Source of the DNA: Stellaceae bacterium | GTDB taxonomy: Bacteria > Pseudomonadota > Alphaproteobacteria > ATCC43930 > CGMCC-115725 | Reading direction: 5' to 3' | Length of the DNA: 42,995 bases | NCBI GenBank assembly: GCA_035632395.1 | Contig: DASQGX010000138.1 | Span: 1 to 42,995, forward strand | In this document: piece after piece, positions 17,003-25,232 of the stretch | Layout: the number at the start of each line of letters is the position of its first letter | Numbering within the stretch: position 1 is the first letter of the stretch | Notes under the pieces: model-generated | Seen by the model: only the letters and a program-made list of their open reading frames with translations | Told to the model about the DNA's origin: nothing | Database searches by the model: none | Translations under genes and position numbers: made by a program

Positions 17003-18454
17003 ATGTCTTGGAATTCGCCGTTCGCTTCATGGATGCGAAGCGCCCTCCGGCTGGTGCCGGTGGTCGCGTTCGTGCTGCTGCTGCCGCTGATGGCAGCGCA
17101 CGCGCAACAGGCCGCGCCCGCCACGCCGGGGCCGGCCGCCGCCGCACCGGTCGCCGCTGCACCGGCGGCACCGCCGGCGCCGCCCGCTTGCGGCGGCAAG
17201 GTGCTGACGAAATGCACCCCCGATTCCGGCGACAGCGCCTGGATGCTGGCGTCGGTCGCACTGGTGCTGATGATGACGGTGCCGGGCCTCGGCCTGTTCT
17301 ATGGCGGCATGGTGCGCAAGAAGAACGTCGGCGACACGGTGATGACGAGTTTCTTCATCACCTGCCTGGTGACGGTGCTGTGGGCGGTGTGCAACTACAG
17401 CTTCGCGTTCCGCGCCGGCACGCCATTCATCGGCGGCCTCGATCGCGCCTTCCTGCAAGGCATGCTGAGCGACATCTCGAACAACACGGGCAATCCCAAT
17501 CCGCTGGCGCCGACGATTCCCGAGACTGTCTACATGTGCTTCCAGATGACGTTCGCGATCATCACGCCGGCGCTGATCGCCGGTTCGTTCGCGGAGCGCA
17601 TGAAGTTCTCGTCGATGTGCGTGTTCATCGCGCTGTGGGCGACGATCGTCTACGCGCCGGTCGCGCACTGGGTGTGGGGGCCGGATGGCTTCCTCAACAG
17701 CAGCAACGACGCCGCGCCCATCAAGGTCCTCGACTTCGCCGGCGGCACTGTCGTGCACATCAATTCCGGCGTTGCCGGCTTGATGACGGCGCTGATGCTC
17801 GGCAAGCGCAAGGATAGCGGACCGGCGCACAACGTCGTGCTGACCTTCATCGGCGCTTCGCTGCTGTGGGTCGGCTGGTTCGGCTTCAATGCCGGCTCGG
17901 CGGTCTCAGCCGGCATGCAGGCCGGCATGGCGATGACCGTGACGCAGATCGCCACCGCGATGGCGGGCCTAACGTGGATGTTCGTCGAATGGGCGCTGCG
18001 CGGCAAACCCACCGTGATCGGCATCTGCTCCGGCGCGGTCGCCGGTCTGGTCGCAATCACGCCAGCTTCGGGCTTCGTCGGTCCGGTTGGCGCGCTGGTG
18101 ATCGGAGCAGCAGCGGGCGTGATCTGCTACTGGGGTGCCACCGGGCTCAAGCATGCGTTTGGCTATGACGACGCGCTCGACGCCTTCGGCGTCCATGCGG
18201 TCGGCGGGATCACCGGCGCGTTGCTCACCGGCGTCTTCGCCATCCAGCAATATGGCGGCACGCCCGGCCTGATCGAAGGCAACGCGATGCAGGTCGTCAA
18301 CCAGGCCGAAGGCATCCTCATCGTCCTGGCCTACGACGCCATCGTCACCCTGATCCTGCTCAAGGTGATCGATGTGGTGATGGGCCTGCGCGTCGAGGAA
18401 GAGATCGAACGCGACGGCCTCGACCTCGCCTTGCACGGCGAGATCGTCCAGTAA
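17003..18454 (+). CDS. amtB: Ammonium transporter AmtB-type, paralogue 2, with a long Ala/Pro-rich N-terminal extension
   Basis: DSAWMLASVALVLMMTVPGLGLFYGG, DFAGGTVVHINSGVAGL, LWVGWFGFNAGS, DAFGVHAVGGITGALLTG, and a C-terminal GLDLALHGE. I re-set the start from TTG 16913 to ATG 17003. Confidence 0.9.
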   Translation: MSWNSPFASWMRSALRLVPVVAFVLLLPLMAAHAQQAAPATPGPAAAAPVAAAPAAPPAPPACGGKVLTKCTPDSGDSAWMLASVALVLMMTVPGLGLFYGGMVRKKNVGDTVMTSFFITCLVTVLWAVCNYSFAFRAGTPFIGGLDRAFLQGMLSDISNNTGNPNPLAPTIPETVYMCFQMTFAIITPALIAGSFAERMKFSSMCVFIALWATIVYAPVAHWVWGPDGFLNSSNDAAPIKVLDFAGGTVVHINSGVAGLMTALMLGKRKDSGPAHNVVLTFIGASLLWVGWFGFNAGSAVSAGMQAGMAMTVTQIATAMAGLTWMFVEWALRGKPTVIGICSGAVAGLVAITPASGFVGPVGALVIGAAAGVICYWGATGLKHAFGYDDALDAFGVHAVGGITGALLTGVFAIQQYGGTPGLIEGNAMQVVNQAEGILIVLAYDAIVTLILLKVIDVVMGLRVEEEIERDGLDLALHGEIVQ

Positions 18455-18481
18455 GCCTAGCGTCTCTCCTGTGGTGCACTT

Positions 18482-18510
18482 GGGGCGGCGCAAGCCGCCC
18501 CTTTTCTTTC
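18482..18510 (+). terminator. Rho-independent terminator of amtB
   Basis: GGGGCGGC-GCAA-GCCGCCCC followed by TTTTCTTTC. Confidence 0.8.
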
Positions 18511-18584
18511 GGCGATATTATCGTTCGCAGACCACGGCTTCGATGGCGACATCTGGCAGGATCCGCACAAAACGTTTCCGCGGA

Positions 18585-18980
18585 TCAGCTTTGCGCTCTG
18601 GACTTGTTCAGGGTCACGGCGGCGCGCACGAGCGTCTTCAATGCCTTCTCGTTTATTTTCCCGCCTTCGTGGAAATCGATGGCACGCCTTGTGTTGCCGT
18701 CAAGACTGGCATTGAAGAGGCGCGAAGGGTCCTCCAGGGCCGCTCCTTTGGCGAAGGTCATCTTCACGACGTTCTTGTACGTCTCGCCGGTGCAGATCAG
18801 TCCGGCGTGCGACCAAACCGGAACCCCTCGCCACTTCCACTCCTCGACGATTTCGGGGTCGGCTTCCTTGATCAAGGTACGGAGCCGGCTGAGCATTTTG
18901 CCGCGCCAATCGCCGAGCTCCCTGATTCTCGCGTCGATCAGCTGAGAAGGAGACTTGCCTTTCTGGGACGCGCTCTTCAT
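18585..18980 (-). CDS. DUF1801 (YdhG-like) domain protein
   Basis: IRELGDWRGKMLSRLRTLIKEADPEIVEEWKWRGVPVWSH...MTFAKGAAL. ATG at 18980 is preceded by GGAGAGA. The track start at 19040 is a TTG. Confidence 0.75.
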   Translation of the reverse strand: MKSASQKGKSPSQLIDARIRELGDWRGKMLSRLRTLIKEADPEIVEEWKWRGVPVWSHAGLICTGETYKNVVKMTFAKGAALEDPSRLFNASLDGNTRRAIDFHEGGKINEKALKTLVRAAVTLNKSRAQS

Positions 18981-19156
18981 GCCCGTCTCTCCTCGTTGTT
19001 TCCGAGGCTTTGATAAGGACCTGCTGGCACCTGTTGCCAATAGGCCTTAACCGCTGTCTTACGGTTGCTTCCTTGGCGATCCTCGACTCTTAGCGTATGA
19101 TTAACCGGTTATCCCCGGGAATCACAGAGTTTTCCCCCGATTTTAGGGACCGCGCC

Positions 19157-21490
19157 ATGGTAAGCATCGATGCCGGCCGCAGCCGGACCCGCGCCCGCGA
19201 AGGCATCCATTGGCCGCGCTTGGCGGTGCGTCTGATCGGCGGTTTGGTGCTGCTGGCGGCGCTGTTCGTCGGCCTGGCGCTGGCCAGTTACGACCGGCAC
19301 GACCCGTCTTGGAACCATGCCGTAAGCGGCCCGGTCTTGAACCTGATGGCGCTGCCCGGCGCACAGCTGGCCGATGCGCTGTTACAAGCCTTCGGTGCGG
19401 CCGCCGTGCTGGTGCCGTTGTTCTTGGCCGATTGGGCGGCGCGCCTGCTGACGCGTTATGGCCTGCGCCGCTTCTGGCTCAAGCTGCTGCTGGCGCCGTG
19501 GACTGTGCCGCTGGCGGCGCTGGCCTTGTCGATCCTGCCGTCGCCGTGGTGGTGGCCGATTCGGTCCGGCATCGGCGGCTTCGTCGGCCAGCTCGCGCGC
19601 CAGGGTGCCGGTCATCTCGATATTGCGCCGCCACTGTCGGCGATGGCCGCCGCCGCGCTGGTCGGCACCATTCTTCTCTATGTCTTCGGCGCGTCGGCGA
19701 GCAGCCGCGCCGCGCGCGCGCCGCGCCAGAAACCGGCGAGCATGGGTGCACGCCTCTTCGGCTGGCTGCCGCGGCCGCACTTGCCGCGCTGGCGCCGCGT
19801 TGCCGTCGATCGTCCGGTCGCGCTCGAGACCGGACCGCGGCGCGAGCCGCTACTGCTCGATGCGACCGGTGCCGATAGCTTCGACGAGGACGCGGTCGAG
19901 ACACCACCGCGCCGTTCGGCCGCAGTCGATCTGCCGCCGCGCGAGCGCAAGGTGAAGCGGCTGCGCCAAGCGTCGCTCGCGCTCGAAGCCGCCGATCAGG
20001 TGCTGCCGTCGCTCGAGCTGCTCGCGGAAGTACCACCGACACGCACTGCCGCGGTCAACGAGGAAGCCTTGCAGCAGAACGCGCGCCTCCTCGAATCGGT
20101 GCTGGAGGATTTCGGCGTCCGCGGCCAGATCGTCAAAGTCCGGCCCGGCCCGGTGGTCGCGCTTTACGAGCTCGAACCCGCCGCCGGTATCAAGGCTTCG
20201 CGCGTCATCGGCCTAGCCGACGACATCGCTCGCTCGATGAGCGCGCTGTCGGCGCGCGTCGCGGTTATCCCCGGCCGCTCGGTGCTCGGCATCGAGCTGC
20301 CGAATGCGCGTTCCGAGATGGTGTTTCTGCGCGAATTGCTGGCGTCCGAGGCCTACGAGCATAGCAGCGCCAAGCTGCCGTTGGTGCTCGGCAAGGACAT
20401 CGGCGGCGCGCCGGTGATCGCCGATCTCCAGCGCATGCCGCATCTGCTGATCGCTGGCACCACCGGCTCCGGCAAGTCGGTCGGCATCAACACGATGATT
20501 CTGTCGGTCCTCTATCGGTTGTCGTCGGACCAGTGCAAGTTCATCATGATCGATCCGAAGATGCTTGAGCTGTCGATGTACGACGGCATTCCGCATCTGC
20601 TGGCGCCGGTCGTCACCGAGCCCCGCAAGGCGGTCGTCGCGCTCAAATGGACGGTGCGCGAAATGGAGAACCGCTATCGCGCCATGTCCAAGCTCGGCGT
20701 GCGCAACATCGAGGGCTACAACCAGCGCATCGCCGAAGCCAAGGCCAAAGGCGAGGTGCTGATGCGCCGAGTCCAGACCGGCTTCGACGAGGAATCAGGT
20801 CGCCCGGTGTTCGAGGAGCAGCCGCTGTCGAACGAGCCGCTGCCGCTCATCGTCGTCGTCGTCGACGAGATGGCCGATCTCATGCTGGTCGCCGGCAAGG
20901 ACATCGAGCATGCCGTGCAGCGCCTGGCGCAAATGGCACGCGCCGCCGGCATCCACATCATCATGGCGACGCAACGGCCGTCGGTCGATGTCATCACCGG
21001 CACGATCAAGGCGAACTTCCCGACGCGCATCAGCTTCCAGGTCACCAGCAAGATCGACAGCCGCACCATTCTCGGTGAGGCCGGCGCCGAGCAGCTTCTG
21101 GGCCGCGGCGACATGCTGCACATGGCCGGCGGCGGCCGCATCACCCGCGTCCACGGCCCGTTCGTCTCCGACCAGGAAGTCGAATCCGTCGTCCGCTTCC
21201 TCAAGGAAAACGGACCGCCGCCGACCTATCTCGAGGACGTCACCGCCGACGAAGAGGACGAGATGGCGGCTTTCGCCGAAGACGGCGAAGGCTCGGGCGA
21301 TCAGCTTTACGATCAAGCGGTCAACCTGGTGCTGCGCGAACGCAAGGCCTCGACCAGCTTCGTCCAGCGACACCTGCAAATCGGCTATAACCGCGCCGCG
21401 CGCATCATCGAGCGCATGGAGAGCGAAGGTGTCATCAGCGCCGCAAACCATGTCGGCAAGCGCGAGGTCTTGGGCCGCGGCCGCGACTGA
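19157..21490 (+). CDS. ftsK: DNA translocase FtsK
   Basis: N-terminal TM helices and a Pro/Arg-rich linker. The motor domain has GTTGSGKSV (Walker A) and VVVVDEMADL (Walker B). The C-terminal gamma wHTH is SFVQRHLQIGYNRAARIIERMESEGVIS. Confidence 0.92.
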   Translation: MVSIDAGRSRTRAREGIHWPRLAVRLIGGLVLLAALFVGLALASYDRHDPSWNHAVSGPVLNLMALPGAQLADALLQAFGAAAVLVPLFLADWAARLLTRYGLRRFWLKLLLAPWTVPLAALALSILPSPWWWPIRSGIGGFVGQLARQGAGHLDIAPPLSAMAAAALVGTILLYVFGASASSRAARAPRQKPASMGARLFGWLPRPHLPRWRRVAVDRPVALETGPRREPLLLDATGADSFDEDAVETPPRRSAAVDLPPRERKVKRLRQASLALEAADQVLPSLELLAEVPPTRTAAVNEEALQQNARLLESVLEDFGVRGQIVKVRPGPVVALYELEPAAGIKASRVIGLADDIARSMSALSARVAVIPGRSVLGIELPNARSEMVFLRELLASEAYEHSSAKLPLVLGKDIGGAPVIADLQRMPHLLIAGTTGSGKSVGINTMILSVLYRLSSDQCKFIMIDPKMLELSMYDGIPHLLAPVVTEPRKAVVALKWTVREMENRYRAMSKLGVRNIEGYNQRIAEAKAKGEVLMRRVQTGFDEESGRPVFEEQPLSNEPLPLIVVVVDEMADLMLVAGKDIEHAVQRLAQMARAAGIHIIMATQRPSVDVITGTIKANFPTRISFQVTSKIDSRTILGEAGAEQLLGRGDMLHMAGGGRITRVHGPFVSDQEVESVVRFLKENGPPPTYLEDVTADEEDEMAAFAEDGEGSGDQLYDQAVNLVLRERKASTSFVQRHLQIGYNRAARIIERMESEGVISAANHVGKREVLGRGRD

Positions 21491-21574
21491 TCCGCGTCCT
21501 CCCATAAATCCGCCACAAAGCGCGGTCTAATGGCGTGCGACAAGCCTCGACAATCCGCCGCCGGACCCCGATAT

Positions 21575-22228
21575 ATGAGCCGCATGAATTTCCGCCCGCC
21601 CGCACATCTGCCATCGCGCCGTCTGGTGCTTGCTGGGTTGGCCACGGCGCTCGCGTTGCCGCGCGCGGCGCAGGCCGCGCTGAAGCCGGCCGATCAAATC
21701 GATCTCGAACGCATCCAGTCCTATCTCAATGGCATCCACACCATGGAATCGCCGTTCGATCAGGTCGCCGGCGACGGCTCGACCTCAACCGGGACGATTT
21801 ATCTGTCGCGGCCGGGCCATATGCGCATCGTTTATGACCCGCCGCATCCCATCCTCATCGTCGCCACCAACGACGAGGTCTATTACTACGACGGCCAGCT
21901 CGGCCAGGTGACCTGGACCGATCTCGACAATACGCCGGCGTGGTTCCTGCTGCAGAACACCGTCGAGCTCGGCGGTGAAATCCGGATCGACGACGTCCGG
22001 CACGAACCCGGCGTGATCCGCGTCAGCGCGACCGAAACCAAGCGGCCCGAACGCGGTCATGTCACCATGGTTTTCAGCGAATCGCCGTTGCAGCTCCGCC
22101 AATGGACGATCCTCGACGCCCAGAACAAGACGGTGACGGTGACGCTCAACAGCCCGCGGTTCGGCATGCCGCTCAACCCGCAGCTGTTCATCTGGCAGGA
22201 TCCGCGCGGCCAGGCTTCCGGCGGCTGA
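21575..22228 (+). CDS. lolA: Outer-membrane lipoprotein carrier LolA family protein
   Basis: Signal peptide RRLVLAGLATALALPRAAQA, then LERIQSYLNGIHTMESPFDQV...GTIYLSRPGHMRIVYDPP. It follows ftsK as in the conserved ftsK-lolA synteny. The start is ambiguous (21530/21575/21584). Confidence 0.75.
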   Translation: MSRMNFRPPAHLPSRRLVLAGLATALALPRAAQAALKPADQIDLERIQSYLNGIHTMESPFDQVAGDGSTSTGTIYLSRPGHMRIVYDPPHPILIVATNDEVYYYDGQLGQVTWTDLDNTPAWFLLQNTVELGGEIRIDDVRHEPGVIRVSATETKRPERGHVTMVFSESPLQLRQWTILDAQNKTVTVTLNSPRFGMPLNPQLFIWQDPRGQASGG

Positions 22229-22294
22229 ACGCGCAAGCCTCCCCCGCGATAAGCGCGTTGCTGGCGCGGCAAGGCTTGGCCAATATCTCGCTTC

Positions 22295-23080
22295 GTGCCG
22301 AACGAACCCGTCCCGCAATCCGTGCGCACCGCGCCCCTGGTCGGCGTGCAATGCTGCACGCGGCCGCTACGCGGCCAGCCAACGCACGCGGTCGTCGAGA
22401 AATATATTCGTGCCATTCTTGAAGGTGCTGATGCGGTGCCGTTGCTGGTGCCCGCCCTCGACGATATAGCGCCGGAGGCCTTGGTGGCGCAGCTCGACGG
22501 CCTGTTGCTGCCCGGTTCACGCTCGGACGTCGGCCCGGAGCATTACGGCGGGCCGCCGCCGGCGCCAGAGCGCGAAACCGATCCGGCGCGCGACAGTGCC
22601 GCCCTGCCGCTGATCCGCGCGGCGCTCGCTGCCGATCTTCCAGTGCTGGCGATCTGTCGCGGCATCCAGGAGGTCAATGTCGCCCTCGGCGGCACATTGC
22701 ATCCGGCGGTGCACGCCGTCTCTGGCCGCCTCGATCATCGCGCCGAGCCCGACCTGCCGCTCGACGAACGCTATGCCTACGATGCACACGATGTGCGTCT
22801 CGCGCCCGGCGGCCTTTTCGCGACGCTTGTCGGCGCTGAGACCGTCGCGGTCAACTCGCTGCATTACCAGGGTATCGACCGGCTGGCGCCGGGACTCATT
22901 GTCGAGGCCACCGCTCCCGATGGCCAGATCGAAGCCGTGCGCGCACCGGCAGCGCGTTTCTTCGTCGGCGTGCAATGGCATCCCGAGCACCGTGCCGGCG
23001 ACAACGCATTCTCGCGCGCCCTGTTCCGCGCTTTCGGCGAAGCCTGCCGCGCGCACGCGGCGCGCCGTGTCGGCGCATGA
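22295..23080 (+). CDS. Gamma-glutamyl-gamma-aminobutyrate hydrolase family (PuuD-like, peptidase C26, class I glutamine amidotransferase fold)
   Basis: VLAICRGIQEVNVALGG (nucleophile Cys) and GVQWHPE (His/Glu). Confidence 0.8.
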   Translation: MPNEPVPQSVRTAPLVGVQCCTRPLRGQPTHAVVEKYIRAILEGADAVPLLVPALDDIAPEALVAQLDGLLLPGSRSDVGPEHYGGPPPAPERETDPARDSAALPLIRAALAADLPVLAICRGIQEVNVALGGTLHPAVHAVSGRLDHRAEPDLPLDERYAYDAHDVRLAPGGLFATLVGAETVAVNSLHYQGIDRLAPGLIVEATAPDGQIEAVRAPAARFFVGVQWHPEHRAGDNAFSRALFRAFGEACRAHAARRVGA

Positions 23081-24009
23081 ACGACGGCTTCTGGTCGCTC
23101 GCCGACGCCGATGCCGTCTTCACCGTCGCGACCCCGGACGGCGCGCTGCTGCCCGTGAACGAGCTGCATTCGCGCGGCGCGGCCGGAGCGGCGCTGCTGC
23201 TGGGTCACGCCAACGGCCTGCCGGCCGGCTCTTACGCTCCGTGGCTCACGGATCTCGCGCGCGACGTCCATGTTTTCGCCTTCGATGCGCGCGGCCATGG
23301 CGGTGCGACGTGGCCGGCCGGTCCGCTCGACCAGGTCTTTCACGTCGATCGCTTTGCCGACGATTTGCGGCTTGTCGCCGAAGCGGTGATTGCGCGCCTC
23401 GGCGCGACGCCGCTGTCCTATGTCGGCCACTCGCTCGGCGGCGCGGCGGCGCTCGATCTTGCCGCCGCTGGCCGGCTGCCCGATTTTACCGGCGTGATGC
23501 TGCTCGAGCCGCCGGTGTTTCCGCCGCTGGACTCGCCGGTGCGCGCCGAAGCCGAAGCCCGCCAGACGCTCCTGGTTGAAGGCGCCAAGCGCCGCCGCGC
23601 CGATTGGCCGAGCATCAAGGCGTTCCATGAGCGGCTCAAAAACGGCAACAGCCCGTTCACGCGCTTCGCACCGGAGATGCTCGACGCACATTGCCGCGCG
23701 GCGCTTAAACCCAAAGCCGACGGCAGCTTCACGCTCGCCTCGCCGCCCGAGGTCGAATCCGCGATCTTCACCGCCCATCGCCACAGCGATACCTGGTCGC
23801 GTCTCGACCGGATCGAACGTCCGCTCGATCTCGTCGGCGGCGATCCCAATCGTCCTGATCGCGACTGGGTCGCGCGCGCCATGCCGGAGATGGCACGGCG
23901 GATGAAGCGCGCGCGGCTGACCCCGCTCGCCGGCATCGGCCATCTGATGATCCAGGAAGATCCGGCGCGGTTGCTGGCGCTGGTGCGGCGCTGGCTCGGA
24001 TGTGCCTGA
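23077..24009 (+). CDS. Alpha/beta hydrolase fold protein
   Basis: YVGHSLGGAAAL nucleophile elbow (GxSxG) and a C-terminal GIGHLMIQEDP. ATGA overlap with the upstream gene. I re-set the track start from 22975. Confidence 0.8.
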   Translation: MNDGFWSLADADAVFTVATPDGALLPVNELHSRGAAGAALLLGHANGLPAGSYAPWLTDLARDVHVFAFDARGHGGATWPAGPLDQVFHVDRFADDLRLVAEAVIARLGATPLSYVGHSLGGAAALDLAAAGRLPDFTGVMLLEPPVFPPLDSPVRAEAEARQTLLVEGAKRRRADWPSIKAFHERLKNGNSPFTRFAPEMLDAHCRAALKPKADGSFTLASPPEVESAIFTAHRHSDTWSRLDRIERPLDLVGGDPNRPDRDWVARAMPEMARRMKRARLTPLAGIGHLMIQEDPARLLALVRRWLGCA

Positions 24010-24159
24010 TTCCGGCATGCGGCGCGTGCGTCTTTTGCATGCCTCAGGCCTCCAAATCGCCCGGATCGCTCCCTAACTAATTTGCAGAAGCTGTCCGCAG
24101 TTTGCTGTGGATAGGCCGGGGGGCCGCATAAGACCCTTCGACTCCTCAAACGGACTTCG

Positions 24160-24200
24160 GGCGCCCGGTCACTCCCCCCTGACCGGGCGCCTTTAATTTT
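24160..24200 (+). terminator. Strong rho-independent terminator-like hairpin 150 nt downstream of the hydrolase stop
   Basis: GGCGCCCGGTCA-CTCCCCCC-TGACCGGGCGCC (12-bp perfect stem) followed by TTTAATTTT. Confidence 0.6.
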
Positions 24201-24263
24201 GGCTTCTGACTCAAGGCCTTGGCCGCCTTGACCGGCTCCCTTTTCCGTGCACGATGCGGCGCC

Positions 24264-25184
24264 ATGAACGGAATGCTGAATGGCCGCGTCGCGCTGGTGA
24301 CCGGCGGCGGCCGCGGGATCGGCCGGGCAATCGTTGAGGCCCTGCATCAGGCCGGTGCGGCGGTAGTGATCGCCGACAATGGCACCAGCATTGGCGGCAC
24401 CGGGGCCGATCCGACCGTGGCCGCGGCCTTGGCCAATGCGCTCGGCGAGCGTGCCGCTGCCTTCACGGAAAGCATCGCGGCGCCGTCGGCCGCCAAGGCC
24501 GCGGTCGATTTCACCGTCAGCCGCTTCGGCGGTCTCGACATCCTGGTCAATAACGCCGCCATTCTGCGCGACGCTTTCGTCTTCAAAGCCGATCCCGGCG
24601 ACTGGGAGGCGGTGCTGCGCACGAATCTGTTCGCGCCGTTTTACCTGGTTGCCGCGGCGACGCCCGTGATGCGCGATCAGGCGAAAGCCAAACGCGGCGG
24701 CGGCGCCTGGGGCCGCATCATCAATCTAGTTTCGACCGCCGGTTTCTACGGCAATTACGGCCAAGCCGCTTATGCCGCCGCGAAAGCCGGCCTTAGCGGG
24801 TTGACGCGCGTCATCGCGCTCGATATGGCGCGCAGCCAGGTCGCCTGCAATGCGGTCGCGCCGTTTGCCGCAACGCGCGTGACCGAAAGCATCAATCCGC
24901 AGAATCCGGCGCAGCAGGCTTACAAGGACACCGCAATGAAAATTCCGGCGCAGCCGGTCGCGGACCTGGTAGCGTATCTGGCTGGCGACGCCGGCGCCAA
25001 GATCACCGGTCAACTCTTCGGCGTGCGCGGCCGTGAGGTTTTCCTCTTGTCGCAGCCGCGCCCGGTAGCCACCGCGGTGGCCGAAACGCCTGAAGAGCTG
25101 GGCGCGGCTGTGGCTGCACTGGCGCCGCATTTCGTCTCGCTCGAAACCGATCTCGAAGCGTTTGCGAACCGGCCGGTTCTTTGA
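24264..25184 (+). CDS. SDR family oxidoreductase (MFE-2-type 3-hydroxyacyl-CoA dehydrogenase-like, with C-terminal extension)
   Basis: VALVTGGGRGIGRAI (TGxxxGxG), NNAAI, and YGQAAYAAAKAG (YxxxK). Confidence 0.85.
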   Translation: MNGMLNGRVALVTGGGRGIGRAIVEALHQAGAAVVIADNGTSIGGTGADPTVAAALANALGERAAAFTESIAAPSAAKAAVDFTVSRFGGLDILVNNAAILRDAFVFKADPGDWEAVLRTNLFAPFYLVAAATPVMRDQAKAKRGGGAWGRIINLVSTAGFYGNYGQAAYAAAKAGLSGLTRVIALDMARSQVACNAVAPFAATRVTESINPQNPAQQAYKDTAMKIPAQPVADLVAYLAGDAGAKITGQLFGVRGREVFLLSQPRPVATAVAETPEELGAAVAALAPHFVSLETDLEAFANRPVL

Positions 25185-25212
25185 TAAGGTCTATTCTATA
25201 GACCTATAGAAT
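25181..25212 (+). promoter_or_regulatory. AT-rich promoter/operator: two overlapping perfect palindromes
   Basis: GGTCTAT-TCT-ATAGACC (25188-25204) overlaps ATTCTATAG-AC-CTATAGAAT (25193-25212). A possible -35 TTGATA (25181-25186) and -10 TATAGA (25205-25210) are 18 nt apart. The element lies about 20 nt upstream of the di-iron gene start. Confidence 0.55.
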
Positions 25213-25232
25213 TGAAGCCGAGGACGCGGATT

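Noticed and set aside
19025-19037. Sigma-54-like sequence TGGCAC-CTG-TTGC upstream of ftsK.
   Set aside because: The spacer is 3 nt rather than 5, so the GG and GC elements are out of register. A sigma-54-dependent ftsK is also implausible.
22864-24018. A 384-aa minus-strand ORF opposite the alpha/beta hydrolase gene.
   Set aside because: The plus frame has a GHSLGG nucleophile elbow and an ATGA coupling to the upstream gene. The minus product is Arg-rich low complexity.
25193-25212. Assigning the palindrome as an Irr iron-control element (ICE).
   Set aside because: It shares the TTCTA/TAGAA pentamers, but their relative order and spacing differ from the TTTAGAA-N3-TTCTAAA arrangement I remember. 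I kept this only as a speculation inside the finding.
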